Below, piece by piece: positions 10,529-21,012 of a stretch of DNA of 64,000 nucleotides; the stretch's first letter is position 1, and every line of letters begins with the position of its first letter. Origin of the DNA: Escherichia phage BP32; the sequence record OR906198.1. One strand, 5' to 3'. Below the pieces are notes generated by a model. The model ran no database searches. It saw only the letters and a list, made by a program, of their open reading frames with translations, and was not told the origin of the DNA. Made by a program: the position numbers and the translations under genes.

Positions 10529-11648
10529 TTTTAACCTTAACTGGGTCTATTGTTTCCAGTTTCGTTGCATTAGTGAACATATATAGATGAGTTACCGAAT
10601 TATTATTGGATAATTCATGGATGACTTCATCAACGTAAAATTCTGTTTTAAATTGGTTTTTACTATCATTAAAAATAATTTTAACGCCAGGAGTCAAGTT
10701 AAAATTACCGACAGTAGAACATTTAGCATAGCCATCGTATTGCGCCATAGTTTGAAGACGAATAGCTTCTTCATATCCATTCCTATAAGTCATTTCAGAA
10801 TAAGCACCTGACCTTGACACTACAATAGAGTTTTCGCCTTTTCCTGTAGTAATCATTGGCAATGAAGAATCTAAAAATGAATGCGCATAGATAGTAGCGT
10901 TTTTCATTGGGTCACGTTTGTGAGGATTCGATTTAGTCAACCAAACGAAATCATATGCTAATGGATATTTTAATTCTTGGATGAATTGACCTATTAAAGA
11001 TGGCTCACCGACAATCATTGGATATGGTTCTTGATTTATCATCATATCATAGTCCATCATGTTAACTCCCATGATGTCTTGCCACACAAACACAAATTTG
11101 TCACTTCCTACAGCTAGAGCAACTTCTCTGACATATGACAAATAGTTTTCAAATGTACTAGTCCACGGAATATCAGGAACATAAGCATTTATAGCATTTA
11201 TAGGTGGAGTCAATAGCGTACGGTCTTGATAAATGACGCCAAGCATTTCCTTTATAGATTCACCTGCATCAGGGAAAAACGGTCTGCCAAATTTAAGATT
11301 TTCTATAGAATGAATAGTTCCCAATTCAATAGCAATGATGTTATCACCCTTTGAATCTACTGACACGGAAAAATGCTTACATCCATAAATTCTTGTTTTA
11401 ACATTATTAATATCGTTTGCATTAGCTACAGAAATCTGAATTATTTCATTTCCATCCATTTTTGTATGGATATTTTTAGAATCATAAAACTGCAGCATTC
11501 CTTCATTTCGGCCATAAAGAGAATCCCGCATAGTTAATGTGGTAATAGTAGCAGCTAATTCAACAAATCTATTATTACTCCAAGCGTCGTAGCTATCAAA
11601 TAATTTAACGCTGAGATTTGGATATCCTGGGCGTTGCAACATACTCAT
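10473..11648 (-). CDS. 27: baseplate hub subunit gp27
   Basis: 391 aa, same as T4 gp27; overlaps gene 28 start by 56 nt. Confidence 0.85.
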   Translation of the reverse strand: MSMLQRPGYPNLSVKLFDSYDAWSNNRFVELAATITTLTMRDSLYGRNEGMLQFYDSKNIHTKMDGNEIIQISVANANDINNVKTRIYGCKHFSVSVDSKGDNIIAIELGTIHSIENLKFGRPFFPDAGESIKEMLGVIYQDRTLLTPPINAINAYVPDIPWTSTFENYLSYVREVALAVGSDKFVFVWQDIMGVNMMDYDMMINQEPYPMIVGEPSLIGQFIQELKYPLAYDFVWLTKSNPHKRDPMKNATIYAHSFLDSSLPMITTGKGENSIVVSRSGAYSEMTYRNGYEEAIRLQTMAQYDGYAKCSTVGNFNLTPGVKIIFNDSKNQFKTEFYVDEVIHELSNNNSVTHLYMFTNATKLETIDPVKVKNEFKSDTTTEESSSSNKQ

Positions 11649-12397
11649 TATTGTTTATCCTTCTCAATCAGTTTTAATACGAATCCGCGCTCGGCAGGAA
11701 TCATTTTCATTATTGAATTTAAACTATAATTACTTTTTACGAGTGTGTGATTAATTTGATAAAAAGTAAATATCTCATCTGGGTTAACTAATAGCTTAAA
11801 CACATCTACTATATCAGTGTATTTTTTTACATACTTATCACAGCATGACATGTGTAGCGTTAAATTAATAGGATTCATTGCATCGAGAATTTTTTCTAAT
11901 GTTTCTATCTCGATGGCGTCAACAAGTTCTATTTGACTTGATTCACTAATTTCCTTCCAATCATACCATATTTCATCTACTTGAACAGAATGAATATTTT
12001 CAGTAATCATCTTTGCTTTATTTTCATAAAACTCAGAAGGAAACTTTAATTTAATTTTAACATTAGCTACATCAAAAACAGGTTCCTTTAATTCTTTTTG
12101 ATATATTTCAAATGGAACTGTCTTTTCTTTTTTACATTTTGGACATACAAATGTGACCGGTACTTTAGTTTTACCTATTGACCCTACAAATACCTGCAAA
12201 AATATAAATGGTTGCCAAGTCTTCGGATAGTCTCCAAAATAATCGGCAATTAAATCAGCAATTATTTCTTTTTGTTCTTGTGGTGACCGATGTTCTATAT
12301 CGTTTCGAACTAACAAAAAATCTCGATAATCTTCTACCGTAAATGGTTTAAAACGATGAACACCATCTGGTAATTTACAACGAATAATGTTTGCCAT
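11648..12397 (-). CDS. 51: baseplate hub assembly catalyst gp51
   Basis: 249 aa, same as T4 gp51; CxxC...CxxC cysteines; synteny. Confidence 0.8.
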   Translation of the reverse strand: MANIIRCKLPDGVHRFKPFTVEDYRDFLLVRNDIEHRSPQEQKEIIADLIADYFGDYPKTWQPFIFLQVFVGSIGKTKVPVTFVCPKCKKEKTVPFEIYQKELKEPVFDVANVKIKLKFPSEFYENKAKMITENIHSVQVDEIWYDWKEISESSQIELVDAIEIETLEKILDAMNPINLTLHMSCCDKYVKKYTDIVDVFKLLVNPDEIFTFYQINHTLVKSNYSLNSIMKMIPAERGFVLKLIEKDKQ

Positions 12398-12414
12398 AGA
12401 TGCTCCTTTTATTC

Positions 12415-12426
12415 TATTTATAAATA
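12415..12426. promoter_or_regulatory. back-to-back late promoters in palindrome TATTTATAAATA (minus for gene 51, plus for gene 26)
   Basis: TATAAATA readable on both strands in the divergent 51/26 intergenic region. Confidence 0.5.
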
Positions 12427-12447
12427 TGATAAATAAAGGAGCTAAAT

Positions 12448-13074
12448 ATGTATGAATACAAATTTGATGTGAGAGTTGGTTCTAAAATAATCAACTGTCG
12501 CGCATTTACTCTTAAAGAATATCTAGAACTTATTACTGCTAAAAAGAACGGTTCAGTAGAAGAGATCGTTAAAAAGCTAATCAAAGAATGCACAAATGCA
12601 AAAGATTTAAACCGCCAAGAATCAGAACTACTATTGATTCATTTATGGGCACATTCTCTTGGAGAAGTTAATCACGAAAACTCCTGGAAGTGCACCTGTG
12701 GAACTGAAATACCAACCCATATAAATCTATTACATACACAAATAGATGCACCAGAAGACCTCTGGTATACACTGGGTGACATTAAAATTAAGTTCCATTA
12801 CCCTAAAATTTTTGATGATAAAAATATAGCCCACATGATAGTATCATGTATAGAAACGATTCATGCTAACGGTGAAAGCATTCCAATTGAAGACTTGAAT
12901 GAAAAAGAGTTGGAAGATTTATATTCTATCATCACAGAGTCAGATATTGTAGCTATAAAAGATATGCTTTTAAAGCCTACTGTGTATTTGGCTGTTCCAA
13001 TTAAATGTCCAGAGTGTGGAAAATCTCACGCTCATGTAATAAGAGGACTCAAAGAATTCTTTGAGCTATTGTAA
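12448..13074 (+). CDS. 26: baseplate hub subunit gp26
   Basis: 208 aa, same as T4 gp26; synteny. Confidence 0.8.
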   Translation: MYEYKFDVRVGSKIINCRAFTLKEYLELITAKKNGSVEEIVKKLIKECTNAKDLNRQESELLLIHLWAHSLGEVNHENSWKCTCGTEIPTHINLLHTQIDAPEDLWYTLGDIKIKFHYPKIFDDKNIAHMIVSCIETIHANGESIPIEDLNEKELEDLYSIITESDIVAIKDMLLKPTVYLAVPIKCPECGKSHAHVIRGLKEFFELL

Positions 13075-13472
13075 TGGCAAATATTAATAAGCTTTATTCT
13101 GACATTGACCCAGAAATGAAAATGGATTGGGACAAAGACGTTTCCAGATCCCTTGGATTAAGGTCAATTAAAAATAGCCTTTTGGGAATTATTACAACCA
13201 GAAAAGGGTCGAGACCATTTGACCCGGAATTTGGATGTGATTTATCTGACCAGCTTTTTGAGAATATGACTCCTCTTACTGCTGATACTGTTGAGCGTAA
13301 CATTGAAAGCGCAGTAAGAAACTACGAGCCACGTATTGATAAATTAGCAGTTAATGTAATACCAGTTTATGATGATTATACTCTGATAGTAGAAATACGC
13401 TTTTCGGTCATCGATAACCCTGATGATATTGAGCAGATAAAACTACAACTGGCTTCCAGTAACAGAGTATAA
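13074..13472 (+). CDS. 25: baseplate wedge / sheath initiator gp25
   Basis: 132 aa, same as T4 gp25; ATGA-type overlap with gene 26. Confidence 0.85.
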   Translation: MANINKLYSDIDPEMKMDWDKDVSRSLGLRSIKNSLLGIITTRKGSRPFDPEFGCDLSDQLFENMTPLTADTVERNIESAVRNYEPRIDKLAVNVIPVYDDYTLIVEIRFSVIDNPDDIEQIKLQLASSNRV

Positions 13473-13498
13473 TGCTTCACGTATAAACGTGGTATAAT
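13471..13498 (+). promoter_or_regulatory. candidate T4 middle promoter (MotA box aaTGCTTcA about 13 nt upstream of -10 TATAAT)
   Basis: MotA-box-like TGCTT motif and TATAAT hexamer upstream of uvsY. Confidence 0.45.
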
Positions 13499-13538
13499 GA
13501 ATCTAAGTCCATCCAATAACAATTGAATAGAGAACAAT

Positions 13539-13952
13539 ATGAAATTAGAAGATCTTCAAGAAGAATTGAAGAAAGATGTGTTTATAGATTCGACTAAATT
13601 ACAGTATGAAGCAGCTAATAATGTGATGTTATATAGTAAATGGCTTAATAAGCATTCAAGTATTAAAAAGGAAATGCTTAGAATTGACGCGCAGAAAAAA
13701 GTTGCTCTTAAAGCTAAATTAGACTACTACTCGGGACGAGGAGATGGTGATGAATTTAGTATGGATCGTTATGAGAAATCAGAAATGAAGACAGTTCTAT
13801 CAGCTGATAAGGATGTTTTAAAAGTTGATACTTCATTACAATATTGGGGAATTTTATTGGATTTCTGTAGCGGAGCTCTTGATGCTATTAAATCACGTGG
13901 ATTTGCTATTAAGCATATTCAAGACATGCGAGCATTTGAGGCTGGAAAATAA
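13539..13952 (+). CDS. uvsY: recombination mediator UvsY
   Basis: 137 aa, same as T4 UvsY; position between 25 and uvsW. Confidence 0.85.
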   Translation: MKLEDLQEELKKDVFIDSTKLQYEAANNVMLYSKWLNKHSSIKKEMLRIDAQKKVALKAKLDYYSGRGDGDEFSMDRYEKSEMKTVLSADKDVLKVDTSLQYWGILLDFCSGALDAIKSRGFAIKHIQDMRAFEAGK

Positions 13953-14176
13953 TGAAATATAGCATTGATGATGCTTTTAATTATGAAGAAGAATTCGAAA
14001 CGGAAATTCAATTCTTAATGAAAAAGTATAATCTCAAGCGTCAGGATATTCGTATCCTGGCCGACCACCCATGCGGTGAAGATGTACTTTATATTAAAGG
14101 AAAATTTGCTGGATATCTTGATGAATATTTTTATTCTAAAGATATGGGCATTGATATGCATATGAGAGTTATATAA
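13952..14176 (+). CDS. hypothetical protein (74 aa), uvsY.-1 position
   Basis: ORF coupled to uvsY (ATGA overlap). Confidence 0.55.
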   Translation: MKYSIDDAFNYEEEFETEIQFLMKKYNLKRQDIRILADHPCGEDVLYIKGKFAGYLDEYFYSKDMGIDMHMRVI

Positions 14177-14179
14177 ATA
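14172..14179 (+). promoter_or_regulatory. late promoter TATAAATA
   Basis: Exact TATAAATA upstream of the small ORF at 14206. Confidence 0.4.
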
Positions 14180-14205
14180 GATATATAATTTAGAGGAGAC
14201 AATCA

Positions 14206-14372
14206 TGTCAGATAAGATTTGTGTTGTCTGTAAAACTCCAATCGATTCTGCATTGGTTGTTGAAACAGACAAAGGTCCTGTACATCCTGGGCCTTGTTAT
14301 AATTACATTAAAGAACTACCAGTTTCAGAAAGTTCGGAAGAACAATTAAATGAAACACAACTTTTGCTATAG
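14206..14372 (+). CDS. small Cys-containing protein (55 aa), below ORF-track cutoff
   Basis: ATG with RBS AGAGGAGA; sequence MSDKICVVCKTPID...GPCYNY; followed by a hairpin. Confidence 0.4.
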
Positions 14373-14395
14373 TGTGACCTTTAGTCTATAGTTTT

Positions 14396-14424
14396 GGCCC
14401 TTCCTTTTTGGTTGGGCCTTTTTT
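14396..14424 (+). terminator. hairpin ggccc...gggcc followed by TTTTTT
   Basis: Stem-loop plus T-tract read directly. Confidence 0.4.
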
Positions 14425-14427
14425 AAT

Positions 14428-14670
14428 TTAAAAGCTTTCTTCTACTTCATCGTCTGAATCTTCTAATTCAGCTCTTTTTCCTGCCAAAGCATCTCTCACA
14501 GAGATGTCATCAGTATCTTTTAATTCAGTTTCTTTAACTCTTTTCTTATAATAAGCTTCAAGTTCTTCTAGACCTTCTAATGTTTGACAAGAGGCAATTT
14601 TACCCATAAATTCATCAATAGAAGCTTCATAAAGAAATTGTTTAAATTCTAGTAACATCTTTTTCTCCAA
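14428..14670 (-). CDS. uvsW.1: UvsW.1-like small acidic protein (80 aa)
   Basis: Immediately downstream of uvsW on the same strand; size similar to T4 UvsW.1. Confidence 0.6.
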   Translation of the reverse strand: MEKKMLLEFKQFLYEASIDEFMGKIASCQTLEGLEELEAYYKKRVKETELKDTDDISVRDALAGKRAELEDSDDEVEESF

Positions 14671-14683
14671 AGGGCCGAAGCCC

Positions 14684-16195
14684 TTATAAATTAACTGTTT
14701 TCATTACGTAATTAAATTTTTCATCTGCGTATCGCTGAATACGATCAATGCCGTGTTTTAAAAGATAGTTTAAATGAACATATTTCTTTTTCGTATTAGC
14801 AGATTTTGGCTTAACACCGCAATCATCTATGAGGTCCCAGACCGTTGCGATTGTTTTAGAACCATGCTTACGTAATACGCGACCTATTGTTTGCAATACA
14901 ATAATTTTAGATTTAACGCCGTGCGCTAAAACAACGTGATGCAGATTTTTAACTGAAATACCAGTAGAAAATACACCATAACTAGCTACTATAATTATTC
15001 CTTTACCGTTTTCAGCTAAGGTTTTCATTACGTTGCGGGTTTCGGTATCAACTTCTCCTGATACGTAATAAACTTTATCATATTCATTTTTAATTAAATC
15101 GAAAATAGCTTTACCGTGTGATACATGCTTAAACATGACAAAAGCGTTTTCATCTTTTTGCGCAAGTTTAATAGCTAATTTAGCGATCCATTTATTTCTT
15201 TTACTGAGCCCAGTAATAATTTTTATTTCTTCTTGGTAAGTTTTTCCCTTTAATTTAGTAGTGAACTCATCGGGATAGCGAAGAAAAATACTATTAATTT
15301 TTAACTCAGTTACTTGTCCATCTTCCATTAATTTAGAAGTCGTTACTGGCTTAAATATTTCACCAAACATTCCAACATACTGCATGATATTGGCTTTGCC
15401 ATCACGTAATGAACCTGATAGACCAAATTTGAACATGCAGTTATTTAAACCTGATATGATAGATGAAATACTTTTTCCTGTAGCAAGATGGCATTCATCA
15501 TTCATCATCATTCCAAATTGTGAAAACCATTCTTTTGGTTGTTTTACTACAGTTTGCCATGTACCAACAATTACCGGTGCATCATTTTTATATTTATCAT
15601 CTTTTGATGCTCCGCCGCCGATTTTCTTTATCATTGCATGACTGAATAAACGATAATCAACAAAGTCATCAGCCATCTGAGTTGTTAAAGCAGTTGTTGG
15701 AACAATGATAAGAATTTTACCTTCATAATTTTCCAAATAATAACGTGCAAGCAAAGCTTGAATTAAAGATTTACCTGCGGATGTTGGAAGATTAAGAATT
15801 CTACGACGATTAACTAACCCTTCGAACACTGCATCTTTTTGATACCAATGCGGTTCAATTCTTTTATTTCCTGAATAGATTTCTAATTTAGAAAGCCATT
15901 CATCAAAATCTTTTCTTGATAATTCTTCTTTTTCGTTAATTTGTGGGTCAATCCAGGCTTTATAGCCAAAGTTATCACAGAACTTTTTAATTTGCCCAAC
16001 TAAGCCGAATGGAAGAAGGCGATTATAATCTAATAGACGGATTCGTCCATCCCAATGGCCATATTTGTACTTCGGATTAAAACGATACCCATCAGCTTCA
16101 AAGCTAAAGAAATCACGGAGTTCATGAAATGTACTTTCTTCACAATCAATTCTCACGTGACTAAAATCATAAAAATGTACTTTAATGTCAGTCAT
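14684..16195 (-). CDS. uvsW: UvsW SF2 DNA helicase
   Basis: 503 aa; Walker A LPTSAGKS, DEAH-like DECH box, helicase C motifs; synteny. Confidence 0.88.
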   Translation of the reverse strand: MTDIKVHFYDFSHVRIDCEESTFHELRDFFSFEADGYRFNPKYKYGHWDGRIRLLDYNRLLPFGLVGQIKKFCDNFGYKAWIDPQINEKEELSRKDFDEWLSKLEIYSGNKRIEPHWYQKDAVFEGLVNRRRILNLPTSAGKSLIQALLARYYLENYEGKILIIVPTTALTTQMADDFVDYRLFSHAMIKKIGGGASKDDKYKNDAPVIVGTWQTVVKQPKEWFSQFGMMMNDECHLATGKSISSIISGLNNCMFKFGLSGSLRDGKANIMQYVGMFGEIFKPVTTSKLMEDGQVTELKINSIFLRYPDEFTTKLKGKTYQEEIKIITGLSKRNKWIAKLAIKLAQKDENAFVMFKHVSHGKAIFDLIKNEYDKVYYVSGEVDTETRNVMKTLAENGKGIIIVASYGVFSTGISVKNLHHVVLAHGVKSKIIVLQTIGRVLRKHGSKTIATVWDLIDDCGVKPKSANTKKKYVHLNYLLKHGIDRIQRYADEKFNYVMKTVNL

Positions 16196-16224
16196 GTCTA
16201 AATACCATGTAATAAATATATCTA

Positions 16225-16232
16225 TATTTATA
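16225..16232 (-). promoter_or_regulatory. late promoter TATAAATA (minus strand) upstream of uvsW
   Basis: TATTTATA on plus strand about 30 nt upstream of the uvsW start. Confidence 0.45.
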
Positions 16233-16245
16233 CTGAGGAAATATT

Positions 16246-16926
16246 ATGATAGATAAAGATTATATTGCAGAGCTGAAGGCTCTTGATGATAATAAAGAAG
16301 CTAAAGCTAAATTAGCTGAATATGCTGAACAGTTTGGTATAAAGGTCAAAAAGAATAAATCTTTTGATAATATCGTTGTTGATATTGAAGAAGCCCTCCA
16401 GAAGCTCGCTAGTGAACCTATGCCAGAGACTGATGGGTTATCTATTAAAGACTTAATTGATGCTGCTGATGCTGCAGAGGGATTAAAATATGACGATGAA
16501 GAGGTCAATCCAGAAGCAGCACTTCTGATTGATTCTCCGGTTAAATCTGATATTAAAATTGAAGTAGTCGAAACGGATAAAATTCCTGAAAATACCGATG
16601 TTTTGATTGAAGATACTCCTTTTGTTGAAGAAAAATTCGAACAGGCTGTAGCTGAGATTATTGAATCTGAAAAGCCGTCTGTATTTACTCTTCCGGAAAA
16701 CTTTAGTCCGAATCTTCAGCTGATTGGAAAAAATCCAGGATTCTGCACTGTTCCTTGGTGGATTTATCAGTGGATTGCTGAAACTCCGGATTGGAAATCT
16801 CACCCAACTAGTTTTGAACATGCGTCGGCACACCAAACTTTATTTAGCTTAATTTACTACATTAACCGTGACGGATCAGTTCTAATTCGTGAAACGCGTA
16901 ACTCTTCTTTCGTAACATTAAAATAA
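16246..16926 (+). CDS. inh: Inh-like acidic protein (inhibitor of prohead protease), 226 aa
   Basis: Position immediately upstream of hoc; acidic composition; assignment by synteny. Confidence 0.6.
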   Translation: MIDKDYIAELKALDDNKEAKAKLAEYAEQFGIKVKKNKSFDNIVVDIEEALQKLASEPMPETDGLSIKDLIDAADAAEGLKYDDEEVNPEAALLIDSPVKSDIKIEVVETDKIPENTDVLIEDTPFVEEKFEQAVAEIIESEKPSVFTLPENFSPNLQLIGKNPGFCTVPWWIYQWIAETPDWKSHPTSFEHASAHQTLFSLIYYINRDGSVLIRETRNSSFVTLK

Positions 16927-16935
16927 GGATAACTT

Positions 16936-18066
16936 ATGGCTTTTACAGTTGATATAACTCCTAAAACACCTACTGGAGTTATAGATCAGACTCAGCAGTT
17001 TACTGCTACACCCAGTGGTGAAACTGGAGGTGGAACTATTACCTATGCTTGGACTGTAGATAATGTTCCACAAGATGGGGCTGAAGCAACTTTTAGTTAT
17101 GTACTAAAAGGACCTGCCGGTCAAAAGACTATTAAGGTGGTTGCAACAAATACAATTCCAGATACTGATGCTGAAACAGCAGAAGCTACTACAACTATCA
17201 CAGTTCAAAATAAGACACAGACAACTACCTTAGCTGTAACTCCTAATAGTCCTCCAGAAGGAGTAATCGGAACAGCCGTTGAATTTACTGCTGCCTTAGC
17301 TTCACAGCCATCGGGCGCATCTGCTACGTATCAATGGTACGTTGACGGTTCTCCTGTGAGCGAAGCAACTTCTGCTACATTCAATTATACTCCTACTACA
17401 AGCGGAGTTAAAAAAATTAAGTGTGTAGCTCAAGTAACTGCGACAGATTATGATGCACTGAGCGTTACTTCTAATGAAGTATCATTGACAGTTAATAAGA
17501 AGACAATGAATCCACAGGTTACATTGACTCCTCCTTCTATTAATGTTCAGCAAGATGCTTCGGCTACATTTACTGCTAATGTTACTGGCGCGCCTGAAGC
17601 AGCACAAATTACTTACTCATGGAAGAAAGATTCTTCTCCTGTAGAAGGGTCAACTAACGTATATACTGTCGATACCTCATCTGTTGGAAGTCAAACTATT
17701 GAAGTTACTGCTGTCGTTACAGCGACTGATTATGATAGCAAAACAGTTAAAACAACAGGTCAAGTTCAGGTAACTGATAAAGTTGCTCCGGAACCAGAAG
17801 GTGAATTGCCTTATGTTCATCCTCTTCCACATCGTACTTCAGCTTATATCTGGTGCGGTTGGTGGGTTATGGATGAAATCCAAAAAATGACTGAAGAAGG
17901 TAAAGATTGGAAAACTGACGACCCAGATAGTAAGTACTACTTGCATCGTTACACTCTTCAGAAGATGATGAAAGACTATCCAGAAGTTGATGTTCAAGAA
18001 TCGCGCAATGGATACATCATTCATAAAACTGCTTTAGAAACTGGTATCATCTATACCTATCCATAA
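16936..18066 (+). CDS. hoc: Hoc, highly immunogenic outer capsid protein
   Basis: 376 aa, same as T4 Hoc; Ig-like internal repeats (..TATDYDA/S.. repeated). Confidence 0.88.
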   Translation: MAFTVDITPKTPTGVIDQTQQFTATPSGETGGGTITYAWTVDNVPQDGAEATFSYVLKGPAGQKTIKVVATNTIPDTDAETAEATTTITVQNKTQTTTLAVTPNSPPEGVIGTAVEFTAALASQPSGASATYQWYVDGSPVSEATSATFNYTPTTSGVKKIKCVAQVTATDYDALSVTSNEVSLTVNKKTMNPQVTLTPPSINVQQDASATFTANVTGAPEAAQITYSWKKDSSPVEGSTNVYTVDTSSVGSQTIEVTAVVTATDYDSKTVKTTGQVQVTDKVAPEPEGELPYVHPLPHRTSAYIWCGWWVMDEIQKMTEEGKDWKTDDPDSKYYLHRYTLQKMMKDYPEVDVQESRNGYIIHKTALETGIIYTYP

Positions 18067-18070
18067 TCTA

Positions 18071-18097
18071 AGGGGCTTCGGCCCCTTTCTTCATTTT
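18071..18097 (+). terminator. hairpin aggggc-ttcg-gcccct plus T-rich tail
   Basis: Read directly after the hoc stop. Confidence 0.55.
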
Positions 18098-18154
18098 GAA
18101 AGCACACAAAACACAATCAGAAAACGATGTATATAATGGCACCAACTCGATAAC

Positions 18155-18370
18155 ATGAGATTGATTATGAGAACTGAGGTTGTGGTGTTTACACTCCATG
18201 AGTCTGGAAAGTCATTCATTGAAATTGCTCGTGAATTGAACTTACATGCAAAGGAAGTGGCTGTATTATGGGCTCGAGCTATGACTGCTAAGAATAAATT
18301 TGAGACTCGAGAAAAAGTTGTCTATAGAAAAAGACATATTAATAAAAGGGTGAAAAATGGAACAGTATGA
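18155..18370 (+). CDS. hypothetical small basic protein with HTH-like segment (24.3 position)
   Basis: ORF; SGKSFIEIARELNLHAKEV resembles a helix-turn-helix. Confidence 0.45.
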   Translation: MRLIMRTEVVVFTLHESGKSFIEIARELNLHAKEVAVLWARAMTAKNKFETREKVVYRKRHINKRVKNGTV

Positions 18371-18635
18371 TCTTTATGAAAATGAATCTTTTGCTAATCA
18401 ATTACGCGAAAAAGCACTTAAAAGTAAACAGTTTAAACTAGAGTGTTTTATTAAAGATTTTTCGGAACTTGCTAATAAAGCAGCTGAACAAGGTAAAACA
18501 TATTTTAGTTATTATTGCACTGCTCGCGATAAATTGATTACTGAAGAAATTGGTGATTGGCTGAGAAAAGAAGGATTTAGCTTTAAAGTCAATAGTGATC
18601 AGCGTGATGGTGATTGGTTAGAAATTACATTTTGA
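18357..18635 (+). CDS. hypothetical protein (92 aa), 24.2 position
   Basis: ORF overlapping the previous one by 14 nt; synteny with rnlB. Confidence 0.5.
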   Translation: MEQYDLYENESFANQLREKALKSKQFKLECFIKDFSELANKAAEQGKTYFSYYCTARDKLITEEIGDWLRKEGFSFKVNSDQRDGDWLEITF

Positions 18636-18644
18636 GGATTAATT

Positions 18645-19649
18645 ATGTTTAAAAAGTATAGCAGTCTTGAAAATCATTACAATTCTAAATTCATTGAAAA
18701 ACTTTACAGTTTAGGATTGACTGGCGGCGAATGGGTAGCTCGTGAAAAGATTCATGGCACAAATTTCTCACTGATTATTGAACGCGATAAAGCAACTTGT
18801 GCTAAACGTACTGGACCGATTCTTCCTGCTGAAGATTTCTTTGGGTATGAAATTATTCTAAAGAATTACGCTGATTCCATTAAAGCAGTACAAGATATTA
18901 TGGAAACTTCGGCAGTTGTATCTTATCAAGTCTTCGGCGAATTCGCTGGACCTGGCATTCAGAAGAATGTCGATTATGGCGATAAAGATTTTTATGTATT
19001 TGACATTATTGTTACTACCGAAAGTGGTGATGTGACTTATGTCGATGATTATATGATGGAATCATTCTGTAATACATTCAAATTTAAAATGGCTCCACTT
19101 TTGGGTCGTGGTAAATTTGAAGAACTTATTAAATTGCCAAATGATTTAGATTCTGTCGTCCAGGATTATAATTTTACAGTAGACCATGCTGGATTAGTTG
19201 ATGCAAATAAATGCGTTTGGAATGCTGAAGCAAAAGGTGAAGTATTTACCGCTGAAGGTTATGTATTGAAACCTTGTTATCCTTCTTGGATGCCTAACGG
19301 AAATCGTGTAGCTATTAAATGCAAGAACTCTAAATTTAGTGAAAAGAAAAAGTCTGATAAGCCTATTAAAGCTAAAGTTGAGCTGTCAGAAGCTGATAAT
19401 AAATTGCTGGGAATTTTAGCTTGCTACGTTACACTGAACCGGGTAAATAACGTTATTTCTAAAATTGGCGAAATTGGTCCAAAAGATTTTGGAAAGGTGA
19501 TGGGACTAACTGTTCAAGATATTTTGGAAGAAACTTCTCGTGAAGGTATTACTTTAACTCAAGCGGATAATCCTTCCTTGATTAAGAAGGAATTAGTTAA
19601 AATGGTACAAGATGTACTTCGTCCGGCTTGGATTGAATTGGTAAGTTAA
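18645..19649 (+). CDS. rnlB: RNA ligase 2 (RnlB)
   Basis: 334 aa, same as T4 Rnl2; nucleotidyltransferase motif I KIHGTN. Confidence 0.82.
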   Translation: MFKKYSSLENHYNSKFIEKLYSLGLTGGEWVAREKIHGTNFSLIIERDKATCAKRTGPILPAEDFFGYEIILKNYADSIKAVQDIMETSAVVSYQVFGEFAGPGIQKNVDYGDKDFYVFDIIVTTESGDVTYVDDYMMESFCNTFKFKMAPLLGRGKFEELIKLPNDLDSVVQDYNFTVDHAGLVDANKCVWNAEAKGEVFTAEGYVLKPCYPSWMPNGNRVAIKCKNSKFSEKKKSDKPIKAKVELSEADNKLLGILACYVTLNRVNNVISKIGEIGPKDFGKVMGLTVQDILEETSREGITLTQADNPSLIKKELVKMVQDVLRPAWIELVS

Positions 19650-19653
19650 ATAA

Positions 19654-19675
19654 AAAGGGACCGAAAGGTCCCTTT
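19654..19675. terminator. bidirectional hairpin aaagggacc-gaaa-ggtcccttt
   Basis: Perfect stem with GNRA loop between convergent rnlB and gene 24. Confidence 0.55.
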
Positions 19676-19678
19676 GTT

Positions 19679-20962
19679 TTATTCATCAACGATAATTTTT
19701 GGTAGCTTAACACCTAATAAAACAGACAAATCTGAACGACCCGCCATTTTATCCATGTCTCCACCATCAATTATTCTTGCTTCTTTTTCATCTTTTGCTA
19801 CAGTGTAAGGATTTGCAGATAAAGCATATCTAACCAATAAACCGATAGATGGCTGCAAACTTTCTGGATCAACTACAACTTTAAATGCACCTACATGTTC
19901 AGGGTCATCTAAGTCAAGACCTTCTGTATACGGAGCATAGAAAATTGATCCGACAATTTCTTTTTCACCGATATTTTCTACTACACCAACGATTACATAA
20001 TCTAATGGGCTGTTAGTATCGCAATAAAGCGGTAAACCATTAGCTAAGAACCCGTAGGCATTTTGTGAAAGATATTTGTCATCTTCTGGTTTATGTTTTA
20101 ACCAACCTGATGCAGCAAGAATCGCAGCGGCACGAGCTGAAGCAACACAGAACGTTGCAGTATAAGTTGATTCTTTTTGGATATGCGAAACCATTTCACA
20201 TACCATTCGGTATAATGAACGACCAGCTTCAGGTGCAGATGCATAACTCAAATCAATGAATCCGGTATCAGTAATTCCTGTAACTTTATAGCGTTTTGAT
20301 ACTGTAATCAAAGACTGTAGAATATCTTTATTGATTTCATCCGCCATTTCAGTTGCAAGCAAATCTTCCAAGAAATTAGGAGCATCGAATCCATTTGCTT
20401 CTAAATCTTGTGCTAATTCAACTGTGATACCAGTTTTAAGTTTACGAGATTTAACTGCGGTTTGCCATTTATTAATCTGGAATCTAGCATCAGCAATTTC
20501 GCTATCAGAGCTTTCAAATTTGCTTGTTGACGCTGCGTCAGAAAATAGGCGAACCTTTAAAAGAACAATTGCAATCTGAAGAGCTAATTCTAAATCGCTT
20601 TCTTCAATGGTAGCAAATGGTGTATCTTCTAATACTTTATAAACGATATTATTATATTTGAATAAATCGCCTTTATTGAGAGTTAATTTAGACTCTTCTG
20701 TTAATTCAGTGATTTGTTCTCGGTCTACATATCCAGCTTCACCAGCGTAAGTAGCACCAGTTTTAAATGTAAATTCGTTATCTGGATTAAGGTATTTGAT
20801 ACCATAAAAAGCAGCAACAGGTTGATTAGTTCTTTGCGTTGCTACAATGTCAGAATATATTAATTTAGTGGTAGCGCGAGTCAAAGCAACGAGATTTGGG
20901 CGACCGATTGAGTTGCTATTCGTTGTGGTTGATTCGCGCAGAAGTTCGTTGATTTTAGCCAT
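19679..20962 (-). CDS. 24: head vertex protein gp24
   Basis: 427 aa, same as T4 gp24; paralogous to gp23 (shared IELAQDL-like segments). Confidence 0.88.
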   Translation of the reverse strand: MAKINELLRESTTTNSNSIGRPNLVALTRATTKLIYSDIVATQRTNQPVAAFYGIKYLNPDNEFTFKTGATYAGEAGYVDREQITELTEESKLTLNKGDLFKYNNIVYKVLEDTPFATIEESDLELALQIAIVLLKVRLFSDAASTSKFESSDSEIADARFQINKWQTAVKSRKLKTGITVELAQDLEANGFDAPNFLEDLLATEMADEINKDILQSLITVSKRYKVTGITDTGFIDLSYASAPEAGRSLYRMVCEMVSHIQKESTYTATFCVASARAAAILAASGWLKHKPEDDKYLSQNAYGFLANGLPLYCDTNSPLDYVIVGVVENIGEKEIVGSIFYAPYTEGLDLDDPEHVGAFKVVVDPESLQPSIGLLVRYALSANPYTVAKDEKEARIIDGGDMDKMAGRSDLSVLLGVKLPKIIVDE

Positions 20963-20988
20963 TGCGCTTTCCTTTTGGTTTATATGAT

Positions 20989-20996
20989 TTATTTAT
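20989..20996 (-). promoter_or_regulatory. late promoter TATAAATA (minus) upstream of gene 24
   Basis: TATTTATA on plus strand 27 nt upstream of the gene 24 start. Confidence 0.5.
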
Positions 20997-21012
20997 ACCA
21001 TAAAAACAACTA

